Below are positions 20,630 through 29,400 of a stretch of 64,000 bases of DNA, one piece after another (the first letter of the stretch is position 1; every line of letters starts with the position of its first letter). The stretch covers positions 42,130-106,129 of the forward strand of contig CAZJPE010000002.1 in the NCBI GenBank assembly GCA_964547875.1, given 5' to 3'. The notes below the pieces were generated by a model. The model did not search any database. It was not told the DNA's origin and saw only the letters and a list, made by a program, of their open reading frames with translations. The stretch comes from Candidatus Woesearchaeota archaeon (lineage in GTDB: Archaea > Nanobdellota > Nanobdellia > Pacearchaeales > GW2011-AR1). The position numbers and the translations under genes are program-made.

Positions 20630-21526
20630 TGGTTTTGTTGAGTGTATTTCTGTATTTCTCCAGCCATCAGCATAATTTTTTTTCTGCTTTAATTCGTTAA
20701 ATGCTTTTATATAAATATGAAGCCTTGCAAAATATAACTGCATTGTCCAGAAAACTTCACGGAGATTTCTTGGATATGTCAGGGAGTATAATGCTCCTTC
20801 GCGTATTTCATTAAAAAATGATTTTGTTCTGGGCATATTTCTTGCTATCTTATTTAAATTTTCATGAGCTTTTATATTTCTTATTTTCTGATTTTGCCAA
20901 TCCTGCCAATTGGAAGGATTTTTTACATAGACTTCAGCCTTATCAGCATAAGCTATTTTATATCCCTTTTTCCAGAAGAGATAGGGAATAATGCTGTCTT
21001 CTGATGTTTCTAGAGGAAAATCTAAAATAACTCCTTTTCTTATTGCAAAAAGATATCCGGAACACTCTAGAAATTTTTTATTATTTGATAATTTATTTCT
21101 TGTTTTATGTATTCCTGCAAAAAGCAAGTGAGACCAGTATCCATATTTATTATTCTTGCTGTCTATTGAAACTGGCTTGCCCGTTACGCATCCTATTTTG
21201 GGGTCTTTAAACTTTTCAAGAATTTCTTTTAGAGTATTTTTTGAAACATAAACATCGCCATCTGTTAAAATGAATATGTCTTTTTTATTATCTGAACCAT
21301 ATTCCTGAAATAGTATATTTAGGGCGTAAGATTTGCCTTCGCCGGGGTCTAGGAAAAATTTAACTTTTTTGCTCTTAATATTTTTCTTTAAAAATTTTTC
21401 AACTTTTGGAAATGGGTCTACGACAACTATCTCAAAATTATCTTCAATATTCTGATTAAGAAAAGTCTTAACAGCCCTTAATGTTGAATTAGGCTCATTG
21501 TATGATGTTATTATAATATGAATCAT
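20594..21526 (-). CDS. GT2 glycosyltransferase
   Basis: SYNE, GKSYALN, TDGD, SED, QKIR motifs. Confidence 0.85.
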   Translation of the reverse strand: MIHIIITSYNEPNSTLRAVKTFLNQNIEDNFEIVVVDPFPKVEKFLKKNIKSKKVKFFLDPGEGKSYALNILFQEYGSDNKKDIFILTDGDVYVSKNTLKEILEKFKDPKIGCVTGKPVSIDSKNNKYGYWSHLLFAGIHKTRNKLSNNKKFLECSGYLFAIRKGVILDFPLETSEDSIIPYLFWKKGYKIAYADKAEVYVKNPSNWQDWQNQKIRNIKAHENLNKIARNMPRTKSFFNEIREGALYSLTYPRNLREVFWTMQLYFARLHIYIKAFNELKQKKNYADGWRNTEIHSTKPLDRFKFLQSLF

Positions 21527-21741
21527 TTTTCTGTTTCAAAAGGATAATCATCTGGGCGAATTATAACAACTCTCTCGCCTTCAGAAGTTTTTGCTTCAAT
21601 CCTGCATTTTCTAGACATTTGCTTTCCTTTCACAGAGCTTTTTCCTGCCGTGTCTGAAAATTCTATATTTACTATTGCACACGACTTCCCTGAAATTTTT
21701 ATTTTATCCCCTATTTTTAACTCTTTGGCCTTTTTTTTCAT
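21523..21741 (-). CDS. Small protein resembling the N-terminal (SH3/KOW) domain of aIF5A/EF-P
   Basis: AKELKIGDKIKISGKSCAIVNIEFS...GKQMSRKCRIEA...IIRP parallels aIF5A (LKxG...I.G.PC.IV.I..SKxGKHG.AK.RIEA); no C-terminal OB domain. Confidence 0.6.
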   Translation of the reverse strand: MKKKAKELKIGDKIKISGKSCAIVNIEFSDTAGKSSVKGKQMSRKCRIEAKTSEGERVVIIRPDDYPFETEK

Positions 21742-21762
21742 AGTTAATTTGCAAAGAGCAAA

Positions 21763-21770
21763 CTTATAAA
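21763..21770. promoter_or_regulatory. Bidirectional TATA box shared by the aIF5A-like gene and queC
   Basis: CTTATAAA (+) begins 29 nt before ATG 21792; its complement TTTATAAG (-) begins 29 nt before ATG 21741. Confidence 0.6.
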
Positions 21771-21791
21771 CTTTATTAAGGTAGCAAGATA

Positions 21792-22508
21792 ATGAAAAAT
21801 GTAATAATCTTATGCTCTGGCGGAATTGATAGTGTTACTACGGCTTATTACGCAAGGAATAAACTGAATTATGATAAGATTATTTTACTTTTTTTTGATT
21901 ATGGGCAAAAATCTATTAATATAGAAAGAAGATGTGCAAAAAATACTGCAAAAAAATTGGGAGCAAAGTTTAGAGAGATAAAAATAGCCGAATTAGGAGA
22001 ACTCTCTACATCTTTAATTAATAAAAAAGGAAAAGTTAAAAATCTTGAATTAAATGACTTGAAAGATACAAGAAAAGAAGGTGCAAAATGGTATGTTCCT
22101 TTTAGAAATGCTGTTTTTTTAGTTTATGCGCTTGCTTTTGCTGAATCAATTTTTGTCAGAGATGGTGAAAATTATGATTTATTTGTAGGATTTAAATCAG
22201 ACATGGGCGAGGGATATCCTGATACGAGTTTAAAATTTTTAAATGATATTGAAAGGATTGGAAAATACTCAAAAGCAAACGGATTTAGGATAAAAGCTCC
22301 TTTTATTGACAAAGAAAAAGAAGATATAATTTCATTAGGCAATAAGCTTGGAATTGATTTTAAAGAAAGCTTTAGCTGTTATGTTGGAAGAAAAATGCAT
22401 TGCGGGACCTGTCTTGCTTGTAGATTGAGACAAGAAGGATTTTATTGGGCAAATATAAAAGACCCTACTGAATATAAGGAAAAGCCAAATGATTTAAGAC
22501 TCGCATAA
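21792..22508 (+). CDS. queC: 7-cyano-7-deazaguanine synthase QueC family
   Basis: SGGIDS PP-loop, FDYGQ, YVPFRN, YPD, SCY...HCGTCLAC zinc site. Confidence 0.9.
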   Translation: MKNVIILCSGGIDSVTTAYYARNKLNYDKIILLFFDYGQKSINIERRCAKNTAKKLGAKFREIKIAELGELSTSLINKKGKVKNLELNDLKDTRKEGAKWYVPFRNAVFLVYALAFAESIFVRDGENYDLFVGFKSDMGEGYPDTSLKFLNDIERIGKYSKANGFRIKAPFIDKEKEDIISLGNKLGIDFKESFSCYVGRKMHCGTCLACRLRQEGFYWANIKDPTEYKEKPNDLRLA

Positions 22509-23642
22509 ATTTTTATATAAATCAATAGTCTTATTAGAAATTAAATCCCATCTATAATTCTGCGCTTTTTCAAAATTGCTCTCGGATATTTTTTCTCTTA
22601 ATTTTCTGTTGTCTAAGAGTTCAATTATTCTTTTTGCAAATTTTTCATTATCTCCGTAATTTACAAGAAAGCCGTTATCTGGCTCTTTCATTTCAAAAGG
22701 AATTCCATTTACAGGAGATGCTACAATTGGCAATCCGCTTGCCATTGCTTCAAATAATGTTAAAGGCAAGCCTTCGCGAAAGCTTGGCATAACAAAAATG
22801 TCTGCTGACTGATACATTTTAATTATTTCTTCCTTGTCTCTTGTTTCTGGCATTAATATAATTCTTTTTTCTTTTCCTATAAACTTTTTTATTGTTTTTT
22901 TCATGCCTTCGTCAGGACCTCTTATAACGAAATTTATATTTTTCTTTTCTTTTAAAATAAGTTTCGCTATTTCAACAAATTTATCAGGGCCTTTTGTTAT
23001 GTTTAATCTGCCAAAGAACAGAATAATTGTATTTTTATTAGGTATCTTATGCTTCTTTCTAAAGTCGTTGTTTTTGATTTTTTTGAAAAATTCATCTGAC
23101 ATCCCATTTGGAATGTTGATTATGTTATTACTTGAATTATATCTTTTTATAAAATTATATTCCCATGGGGTTATTGCTATTATTCTATCTGTAAACTTCA
23201 ATGCCAATCTGCTAAATATGTTATAACTTATTAATATTCCTAATCTTGCTAATGTTGAGCGATAAGCATCTGTCCATGGGCAATGCGTAGTATGAACATG
23301 TTTGGCATTTGATAATTTTGCTGCTAGAGCCGCGAGAACAAAGTGCGAATGCCCGAAAACATGGCTATGGATTACGTCAAATTTTTCTTTTAAAAGTTTA
23401 GGGAAAAAAGACAAGTATATTATGGAAAAATTTCCTGCCCTTGCTATGTGCCTGAATCTGTGCACATAAACGCCATTTATTATTTCTTCTTTTGTTTTAA
23501 TTTTGTTTTTTTTATCCCAATCGCTTGTAAAGACATGAACTTCATGCCCATTTTGTGCTTGCCTTTCTGCTAATTCCTCAACAACTTTTGCAACGCCGCT
23601 AATAGTTGGATTATATTCATGCGAAACATGCGCTATTTTCAT
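22494..23642 (-). CDS. GT4 glycosyltransferase
   Basis: GRLNITKG, PSFREGLPLTLFEAMASG motifs. Confidence 0.92.
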   Translation of the reverse strand: MKIAHVSHEYNPTISGVAKVVEELAERQAQNGHEVHVFTSDWDKKNKIKTKEEIINGVYVHRFRHIARAGNFSIIYLSFFPKLLKEKFDVIHSHVFGHSHFVLAALAAKLSNAKHVHTTHCPWTDAYRSTLARLGILISYNIFSRLALKFTDRIIAITPWEYNFIKRYNSSNNIINIPNGMSDEFFKKIKNNDFRKKHKIPNKNTIILFFGRLNITKGPDKFVEIAKLILKEKKNINFVIRGPDEGMKKTIKKFIGKEKRIILMPETRDKEEIIKMYQSADIFVMPSFREGLPLTLFEAMASGLPIVASPVNGIPFEMKEPDNGFLVNYGDNEKFAKRIIELLDNRKLREKISESNFEKAQNYRWDLISNKTIDLYKNLCES

Positions 23643-23660
23643 AAAAAACGGAATTAGGAG

Positions 23661-24251
23661 CTATTTATAAGCATTTAGTATTGATTTTATTCTTTCATAT
23701 GTATTATTTAAAGGATTCGAGGAATCTATTTTTATTATGGGATAGGTTTTAGAAAGAGCATACATGCTATTGTAAAAATTCTTTAATCTTTCTTCTGTTA
23801 TAAGCACTCCTCTTTTCCTAAGCACCGCATTAGATGCTTCAAGCAAAAAACAAATATCTGGCTTTGGCGTAAAAATTTTGAAAAGCTTAAATTTAATTCC
23901 TTTTGCAAATGCAAGCTCGTCAAAAAAATAACGGTCAATTAAATTATATTCTTTTCTTGAAGCCAATATTTTTAAGTATCTTAGCCAGAGCTCAGAATAA
24001 TAAATGAAATAAAAAAGCCAGCTCCTTTCTCTAAACCTCGCTAGTTTCTCTTCTTTTATTCCTCTTTTGCTCTTTCTTTTCATGTAAAATCTTGAAAAAA
24101 AATTTAAGAGAGGATTTCTAAAATCACGCCAACCCATGAAAAAGACATCAACATCCTTACCTGCCTTTTCTAATTTTTTTTTAACATATTTTATAAGCGC
24201 ACTTTTCCCTGAGCCATCGCTGCCGATAAATACTATCCTAAATTTCTTCAT
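23661..24251 (-). CDS. Thymidylate-kinase-like P-loop kinase
   Basis: GSDGSGKS Walker A, IDRYFFD, PKPD motifs. Confidence 0.75.
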   Translation of the reverse strand: MKKFRIVFIGSDGSGKSALIKYVKKKLEKAGKDVDVFFMGWRDFRNPLLNFFSRFYMKRKSKRGIKEEKLARFRERSWLFYFIYYSELWLRYLKILASRKEYNLIDRYFFDELAFAKGIKFKLFKIFTPKPDICFLLEASNAVLRKRGVLITEERLKNFYNSMYALSKTYPIIKIDSSNPLNNTYERIKSILNAYK

Positions 24252-24991
24252 TTTGGTTTTTCAAACTTTACAAGATATCCTGAAGCAAGCATTTTAGAAA
24301 CTAGTCCCCATTTCTTCTTGTAGAAATTCCTAAATAGAAAGGAAGTTGGGACTAAAAAGGAATCTGTGAACAGAATAGGATAGAAATTTATCTTTTCAAA
24401 TCCTGTCTTTCTTAGAAGTCTGCTCATTTCTTTTATAGATATTCGCTGGCTATGCTCAAAATCTATTTTTTTTCCGAGCAATTTCTTTATTGAGAGAAAA
24501 GCTGGATGAGGGGGCGATGTAATTATTATGCCTTTTCCGCCTGGTTCTAAAAGTGAATAAATCTTCCTTATAACTATCTGCTTATTTGGAATATACTCTA
24601 TTGCCCTTGAACAAAAAATAAAATTGTATTTCTCTTTAAATTTTTGATCTAGAAAGTTGTTCGTAATTGCCTTAACCTTTTTTGATTTTATTGCACTTTT
24701 AAACTGCTTTATCATTTCTCTTGATATGTCTAAGCAAGTAAATTTTGCTCTGGGATATTTTTTTAAAAGAAGTTTTGTCCATGTTCCAGGGCCGCAGCCT
24801 ATTTCCAGACAATTTTTGAATTCAATATCCCTTAAATGATATAATAAACTTAGCGTGCTAAATTTATATTGTCTGCTTTTTTCTTTCGTACTAAACCAGC
24901 GCGCATATTCATATCCTTTATCAGAGATCTTTTTTGCTTTAATATTATAAAAATTCCTGATCCAATTGCTGAACTCTAAGTCTTTCTCCAT
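24248..24991 (-). CDS. Class I SAM-dependent methyltransferase
   Basis: LEIGCGPG, LDISREM, LEPGG motifs. Confidence 0.9.
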   Translation of the reverse strand: MEKDLEFSNWIRNFYNIKAKKISDKGYEYARWFSTKEKSRQYKFSTLSLLYHLRDIEFKNCLEIGCGPGTWTKLLLKKYPRAKFTCLDISREMIKQFKSAIKSKKVKAITNNFLDQKFKEKYNFIFCSRAIEYIPNKQIVIRKIYSLLEPGGKGIIITSPPHPAFLSIKKLLGKKIDFEHSQRISIKEMSRLLRKTGFEKINFYPILFTDSFLVPTSFLFRNFYKKKWGLVSKMLASGYLVKFEKPK

Positions 24992-25108
24992 AATGTCTTG
25001 GTTTTTAATATTTTTTCTTGCTTAATAACGCATTTAAATATATGCTTTTATATTTTCTAAATTATACATAAGCTTTTATAGAATGAAATTAAATTTGGGA
25101 TTGATAAA

Positions 25109-26668
25109 GTGGAGCTTAGAAAATCAGAAGAACGCAGCATTTTGAAGAGTAAGAGCATAGTCTTTATACTTTTAATAGTTCTTCTTATTTCTATAGATCT
25201 TAGATTTATCTTCTTAGACGCGGATCCTTTTCCTTATTCTGCTTTTGGGGCAACATGGGTTGATGAAGGGCCTTATGCTCATAATGCCAGAAATTATGCC
25301 TTATTCGGATATTGGAAACTTGAGAATGATCAGTGGAATCCTATGTATATCTCACCGATTCATACTTATTTGGAATTAATTTTTTTTAGGATTTTTGGAG
25401 TTAGCACATTTAGCGCAAGAATTGTATCTGCATTATTTGGAATTATTTCCATTATTATTGCAGGGTTTTTTTTAATGAGAAAGAATTTTAATGTGGGCGC
25501 ATTATTTATGATATTTATTTTAATAAATCCCATGCACATAGCGCATAACAGAATAGCTACTATAGAGAGTATTTTATTGGCTTTTATTTTGATAATAATA
25601 AGCCTGATTATTTATGATAATAAGACTTCCTGGTTTTTTACTGGGCTTTTGGCGCCTGTCCTGTTTTTTTCTAAAGTTACTTCTGCTTTTTTTGTCTTTG
25701 CCATTCCGACAACTCTTTTAGCTTATAGCTTATTTTACAAGTCAAAAGAGCATTTTAAGAAACTTGGAATATTTATTCTTGGATTAATTGTTTCTTTAGG
25801 CGCCTGGCTTTTTTGGCTTATTCCGAATTTTGATAATTGGAGATATATGAATTTTGAAATTTATGGCGGCAGAATTGGGATTAATCTCATCGAAGTTGGC
25901 GTAATTATTATGAGGACATTTGAGTTTTTTCTGTTAAATCCTCTACTTGTTTTAATGAGCTTAGCGATAATAATATATCTTTATAGTGAAATACGAAAGA
26001 AAAATAGAATAGAGTTTATAGAAGCATTTTTAGTTATAGCATTGATAATTTTCTTGCTGCAAATTATATTTACTGATTATTCCTTAGCGCGGTTTGTTTT
26101 ATTGGTGCCAATTTTGGCTCTTTCTTCTGCTAAATTTATTTCTAAAATAGAAAGATCTGAACTTGTAATAAATGGAACTCATTTTAAATTTAAGGCGATT
26201 TTTGCTATTTTAATTGTTTTATTATATGCGATAATAAGCGCTGCCCAATTGCTTCCATTTTATGTAGACATGATAAAGGACGATAACGCCTTTGTTATAA
26301 AAAGCAATTCCGAGGAAGTGGGCGAATTGATACCTCCCAACTCTAAGGTATATGGGAATCAAGCGTCTCCTTTAAGTTTGGAGAACAAAATAATGCCATA
26401 TCACGGGAATTATTTAGATAAAATCCATAATTCTGAAGATAATATTCTGCCCTTGCTAGTAAATGGACAAATAGATTATGCTTTGCTGAAAGAAAATATT
26501 TTTGACGAAGCAGATTTAAAAGAGCAGGATAAAGATCTTGATTTATCTAAGGTTTATAAATATATCAGAGATAACTTTGAGATTGTCAAGGAAATACAGA
26601 GCAAGCATAGCAGGACAAATGAGCCTGATAAGAAATACATTTATAAAAGAATAAATCTGACTGCTTAA
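25109..26668 (+). CDS. GT-C fold membrane glycosyltransferase (PMT/ArnT-like)
   Basis: LRF...WVDEG...NARN loop, GVSTFSARIVS; multi-TM. Confidence 0.78.
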   Translation: MELRKSEERSILKSKSIVFILLIVLLISIDLRFIFLDADPFPYSAFGATWVDEGPYAHNARNYALFGYWKLENDQWNPMYISPIHTYLELIFFRIFGVSTFSARIVSALFGIISIIIAGFFLMRKNFNVGALFMIFILINPMHIAHNRIATIESILLAFILIIISLIIYDNKTSWFFTGLLAPVLFFSKVTSAFFVFAIPTTLLAYSLFYKSKEHFKKLGIFILGLIVSLGAWLFWLIPNFDNWRYMNFEIYGGRIGINLIEVGVIIMRTFEFFLLNPLLVLMSLAIIIYLYSEIRKKNRIEFIEAFLVIALIIFLLQIIFTDYSLARFVLLVPILALSSAKFISKIERSELVINGTHFKFKAIFAILIVLLYAIISAAQLLPFYVDMIKDDNAFVIKSNSEEVGELIPPNSKVYGNQASPLSLENKIMPYHGNYLDKIHNSEDNILPLLVNGQIDYALLKENIFDEADLKEQDKDLDLSKVYKYIRDNFEIVKEIQSKHSRTNEPDKKYIYKRINLTA

Positions 26669-26733
26669 AATAATGCAAATGTTTAAAATAGAAAACAATT
26701 TTGAATGAAAATGAAAAAAAGATTTAGGAAACT

Positions 26734-26782
26734 TCAAGAACCCAAGGTTCTTGAGGCCATCAAGATTCAGGGAATCTTGAGG
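26734..26782. repeat. Two tandem 21-bp palindromes (TCAAGAnnC-N3-GnnTCTTGA-GG)
   Basis: TCAAGAACC-caa-GGTTCTTGA (26734-26754) and TCAAGATTC-agg-GAATCTTGA (26760-26780); both have perfect 9-bp stems and are followed by GG. Confidence 0.85.
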
Positions 26783-26817
26783 TCTTTAAGCAAAGCAAGA
26801 TTTAATCAGAGATTAAA

Positions 26818-27456
26818 ATGAAAAGCCAAGAAGCTCAAAAATTTACAGAGTATTATAAGCAGAAGAAGGTTAGTGGAACTTATGATGCGCAGAGAGAAGG
26901 CACTCCTTACAGGAGAAAAAAAAGAGCTGTTGAATTAAAGCATTTTTTAGAACTGATAGATAAAAAAGATAGAGAAGATGTTTTGGAATTAGGATGCAGC
27001 AGCGGGTTTCTAACAAGGCATTTAGGCAAGGTTACTGCAATAGATACTTCGGAAGGCATGTTAAAAATAACTAAAGAGAAAAATCCTTTGGCTAAATGCA
27101 TTTATGCTGATATGTTTGAACTCCCTTTTAAAGATAAATCATTTGATAAGATTACTACAATGAGAGTTTGGAATCATTTAAATGATGGAGATTTAAGAAA
27201 GGCGATAAGAGAATCAAAAAGGGTTTTGCAAAAAGGAGGATATTTAATATTTGACGCAGAAGACAAATCCAGATTGAGAAGAATCGCAAATGTAATTTAC
27301 AAACTGCTCTTTAGGCCAACTGGGTATAAAATATATCAATATTCTTTGGGAGATTTGCATAAAATCATGAGAGAAGAGGGATTTCAAATAGAAAAGACAA
27401 AATTTCTTCAACATAGAGTAGGGAGACAGATAATTTTAAGGTCAAAGCTGCTTTAG
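26818..27456 (+). CDS. Class I SAM-dependent methyltransferase
   Basis: VLELGCSSG, IDTSEGML, ADMFELPFKDKSFD motifs. Confidence 0.9.
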   Translation: MKSQEAQKFTEYYKQKKVSGTYDAQREGTPYRRKKRAVELKHFLELIDKKDREDVLELGCSSGFLTRHLGKVTAIDTSEGMLKITKEKNPLAKCIYADMFELPFKDKSFDKITTMRVWNHLNDGDLRKAIRESKRVLQKGGYLIFDAEDKSRLRRIANVIYKLLFRPTGYKIYQYSLGDLHKIMREEGFQIEKTKFLQHRVGRQIILRSKLL

Positions 27457-28083
27457 ATTCTTTATTAAGACTGGCGTATAATTTTCAAATAAAATTTTTC
27501 TTATTATTTTATAGTTGAATTCCATGTTTTCCATCCATTTTACTGCATAAGCCTTGTCAATCTGCTCTGCAGGGTATCTTGTTTTGTCAATTCTTTTATA
27601 TCTCTCTTTTTCGTTTTCTTCAACTAATAAAATTCTCCCAGATGGCAGAACTTTTATCAAATCAGAAAGCTCAATTTCATTAGATTTTCTTTGTATTAAC
27701 ATGAATAAAGACTGCATTAAAAATTCGTCAACATAAATATTCTTCATGCCAATTATTTCATGCTTTGCAAGGACATATCCCAAATATGAGTTTCTCATTA
27801 AAAAAATCTTTGCATATTTGAGAAAATTAAATTCCTTTAAATAAAGCCAGTTTGAATTCATTTTAGAAAATAACATTATTGTCTTAACGGGATTTTTTAC
27901 AAAGAATTTCATTAAATAAAATAATTTCTCAAAGATTGAAAGCTTTGAATTAAAAATTTTTTTCTCTTTTTTTTCTTCAATTTTTTTTAATAAAGAGCTT
28001 TTTCCTGACCTTGAAAGTCCAAATAATTCAGTGCAATTATTTTTTCTATTTTGCCTGTTGTTTTTGAGCAAGAATATCTTCAT
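27442..28083 (-). CDS. P-loop kinase-like protein
   Basis: ELFGLSRSGKS Walker A, YVDE Walker-B-like. Confidence 0.6.
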   Translation of the reverse strand: MKIFLLKNNRQNRKNNCTELFGLSRSGKSSLLKKIEEKKEKKIFNSKLSIFEKLFYLMKFFVKNPVKTIMLFSKMNSNWLYLKEFNFLKYAKIFLMRNSYLGYVLAKHEIIGMKNIYVDEFLMQSLFMLIQRKSNEIELSDLIKVLPSGRILLVEENEKERYKRIDKTRYPAEQIDKAYAVKWMENMEFNYKIIRKILFENYTPVLIKNLKQL

Positions 28084-28287
28084 GAAAATAAAGAAATTTG
28101 AGGGTTTATATACATTATTTAATATAAATTTTAAAAATTATTTATAACTATAGACTATAATAATTAACCAGGCTTTTTGTTCTCTTGAATACAGTACAGA
28201 CGAATTGAGTAATTATTTAAATCAGTTGCCATAGATTAGAAAGAAAATTAAGAAAGATGCCCATTATTAAAACAGGATAATATATTC

Positions 28288-29142
28288 TCATTCGTCTAGA
28301 GGAATTGTAACTCTTTTAGCAACTGCGCCAGGCAGAAATTCTTCTCCGCTTGGAATATATGTATTTGTATAAATTACGCGCGAACGCTTTGATACATTTG
28401 GACGCGAGCCGTGCAGCGTATTTCCGCTCATAAACATGGCTGCCCCTTTTTTGCCTATTATATTTACCTCTGTTCCCTTATATTTCTTAGGTATTTCTGT
28501 TATGTTGCCTGGCTGCTCTCCTTTTTGCTCGCGATAGCTTGTCTGAGGAGTAAAAGGCAGAATGCCTTCTTTGTGAGAGCCTGGATAAACAAATATTGGG
28601 CCATTTTCATTATCAATGTCATCTAAAAACAAGCCAGTTGTGATGTATAAGCCATATGGATTTTTAGTATAGGCATTATCCTGATGAACATTCCATGCCT
28701 GTTTAGCATATTGAGTATCTGGTTTTTTGAAAAGAATCATGCTCATTAAGCCGACATGTTCTCTTGGAATAAAATTATCCATGTGCCCTGTGGCAGAACG
28801 ACCATATTGCTTCATAATCTGCTCCTGAAGCTGATCCAATACCGAAACAATACGCCTGTCTTTCATTAGATTTAGCGCAAGTTCTGATGTTCCTTCTATT
28901 TCGCGCAGAACTTCTGGCGTCTTTTCTCTTGGGTCTTGTTTAGCTAATTTCGCCTTACTATGCATATTTAAAATACAGGCGTATTCAGACGTAGCATGAT
29001 GAGAGACTTTTTCAGTGATTTCATCACATTCTGCTGGGGAAAATAGATTTTCAACAACTAAATATCCATTATTGTTGTAGAAACCTATCTGATCTTCTGA
29101 GAGTTTTATGTCATTACCTCGCTTGTATATCAAATTTGTCAT
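28288..29142 (-). CDS. PhyH-family Fe(II)/2-oxoglutarate dioxygenase
   Basis: FYNNNGYLVV, HQD, ENGPI.VYPGSH, LHGS.PN.S..SR facial triad and 2OG-binding Arg. Confidence 0.9.
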   Translation of the reverse strand: MTNLIYKRGNDIKLSEDQIGFYNNNGYLVVENLFSPAECDEITEKVSHHATSEYACILNMHSKAKLAKQDPREKTPEVLREIEGTSELALNLMKDRRIVSVLDQLQEQIMKQYGRSATGHMDNFIPREHVGLMSMILFKKPDTQYAKQAWNVHQDNAYTKNPYGLYITTGLFLDDIDNENGPIFVYPGSHKEGILPFTPQTSYREQKGEQPGNITEIPKKYKGTEVNIIGKKGAAMFMSGNTLHGSRPNVSKRSRVIYTNTYIPSGEEFLPGAVAKRVTIPLDE

Positions 29143-29224
29143 TTTCTCTGATTATTAAATATGTATTTAAATATATCTATTTTTTTGAGTTAGGTTTTAA
29201 ATAATAACCCTGCTTTATTTTTTT

Positions 29225-29365
29225 ATGGATTTATATCCAAAGATACTTGAGAATCAGATTAATGAATTAAATGAAAATTTGAAATCATTAAATAAGTCAA
29301 TCAATGAATTTTCTAGGACTTCTGAAGTGGTGATAGGGCTTCAAATTTACTTAACTCTTTTTTAG
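29225..29365 (+). CDS. Possible 46-aa coiled-coil protein or gene remnant
   Basis: ATG 29225 to TAG 29365, MDLYPKILENQINELNENLKSLNKSINEFSRTSEVVIGLQIYLTLF; TATA-like element upstream; below the ORF-track cutoff. Confidence 0.3.
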   Translation: MDLYPKILENQINELNENLKSLNKSINEFSRTSEVVIGLQIYLTLF

Positions 29366-29400
29366 GACGATTGTCGCTAATTTAACAGCTCACTATTTTT

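Noticed and set aside
26734..26782. Possible mini-CRISPR
   Set aside because: Only two non-identical units separated by 5 bp; no spacers and no cas genes
26705..26821. 38-codon ORF crossing the tandem palindromes and overlapping the next start (ATGA)
   Set aside because: No recognisable protein features; the palindromes explain the sequence better
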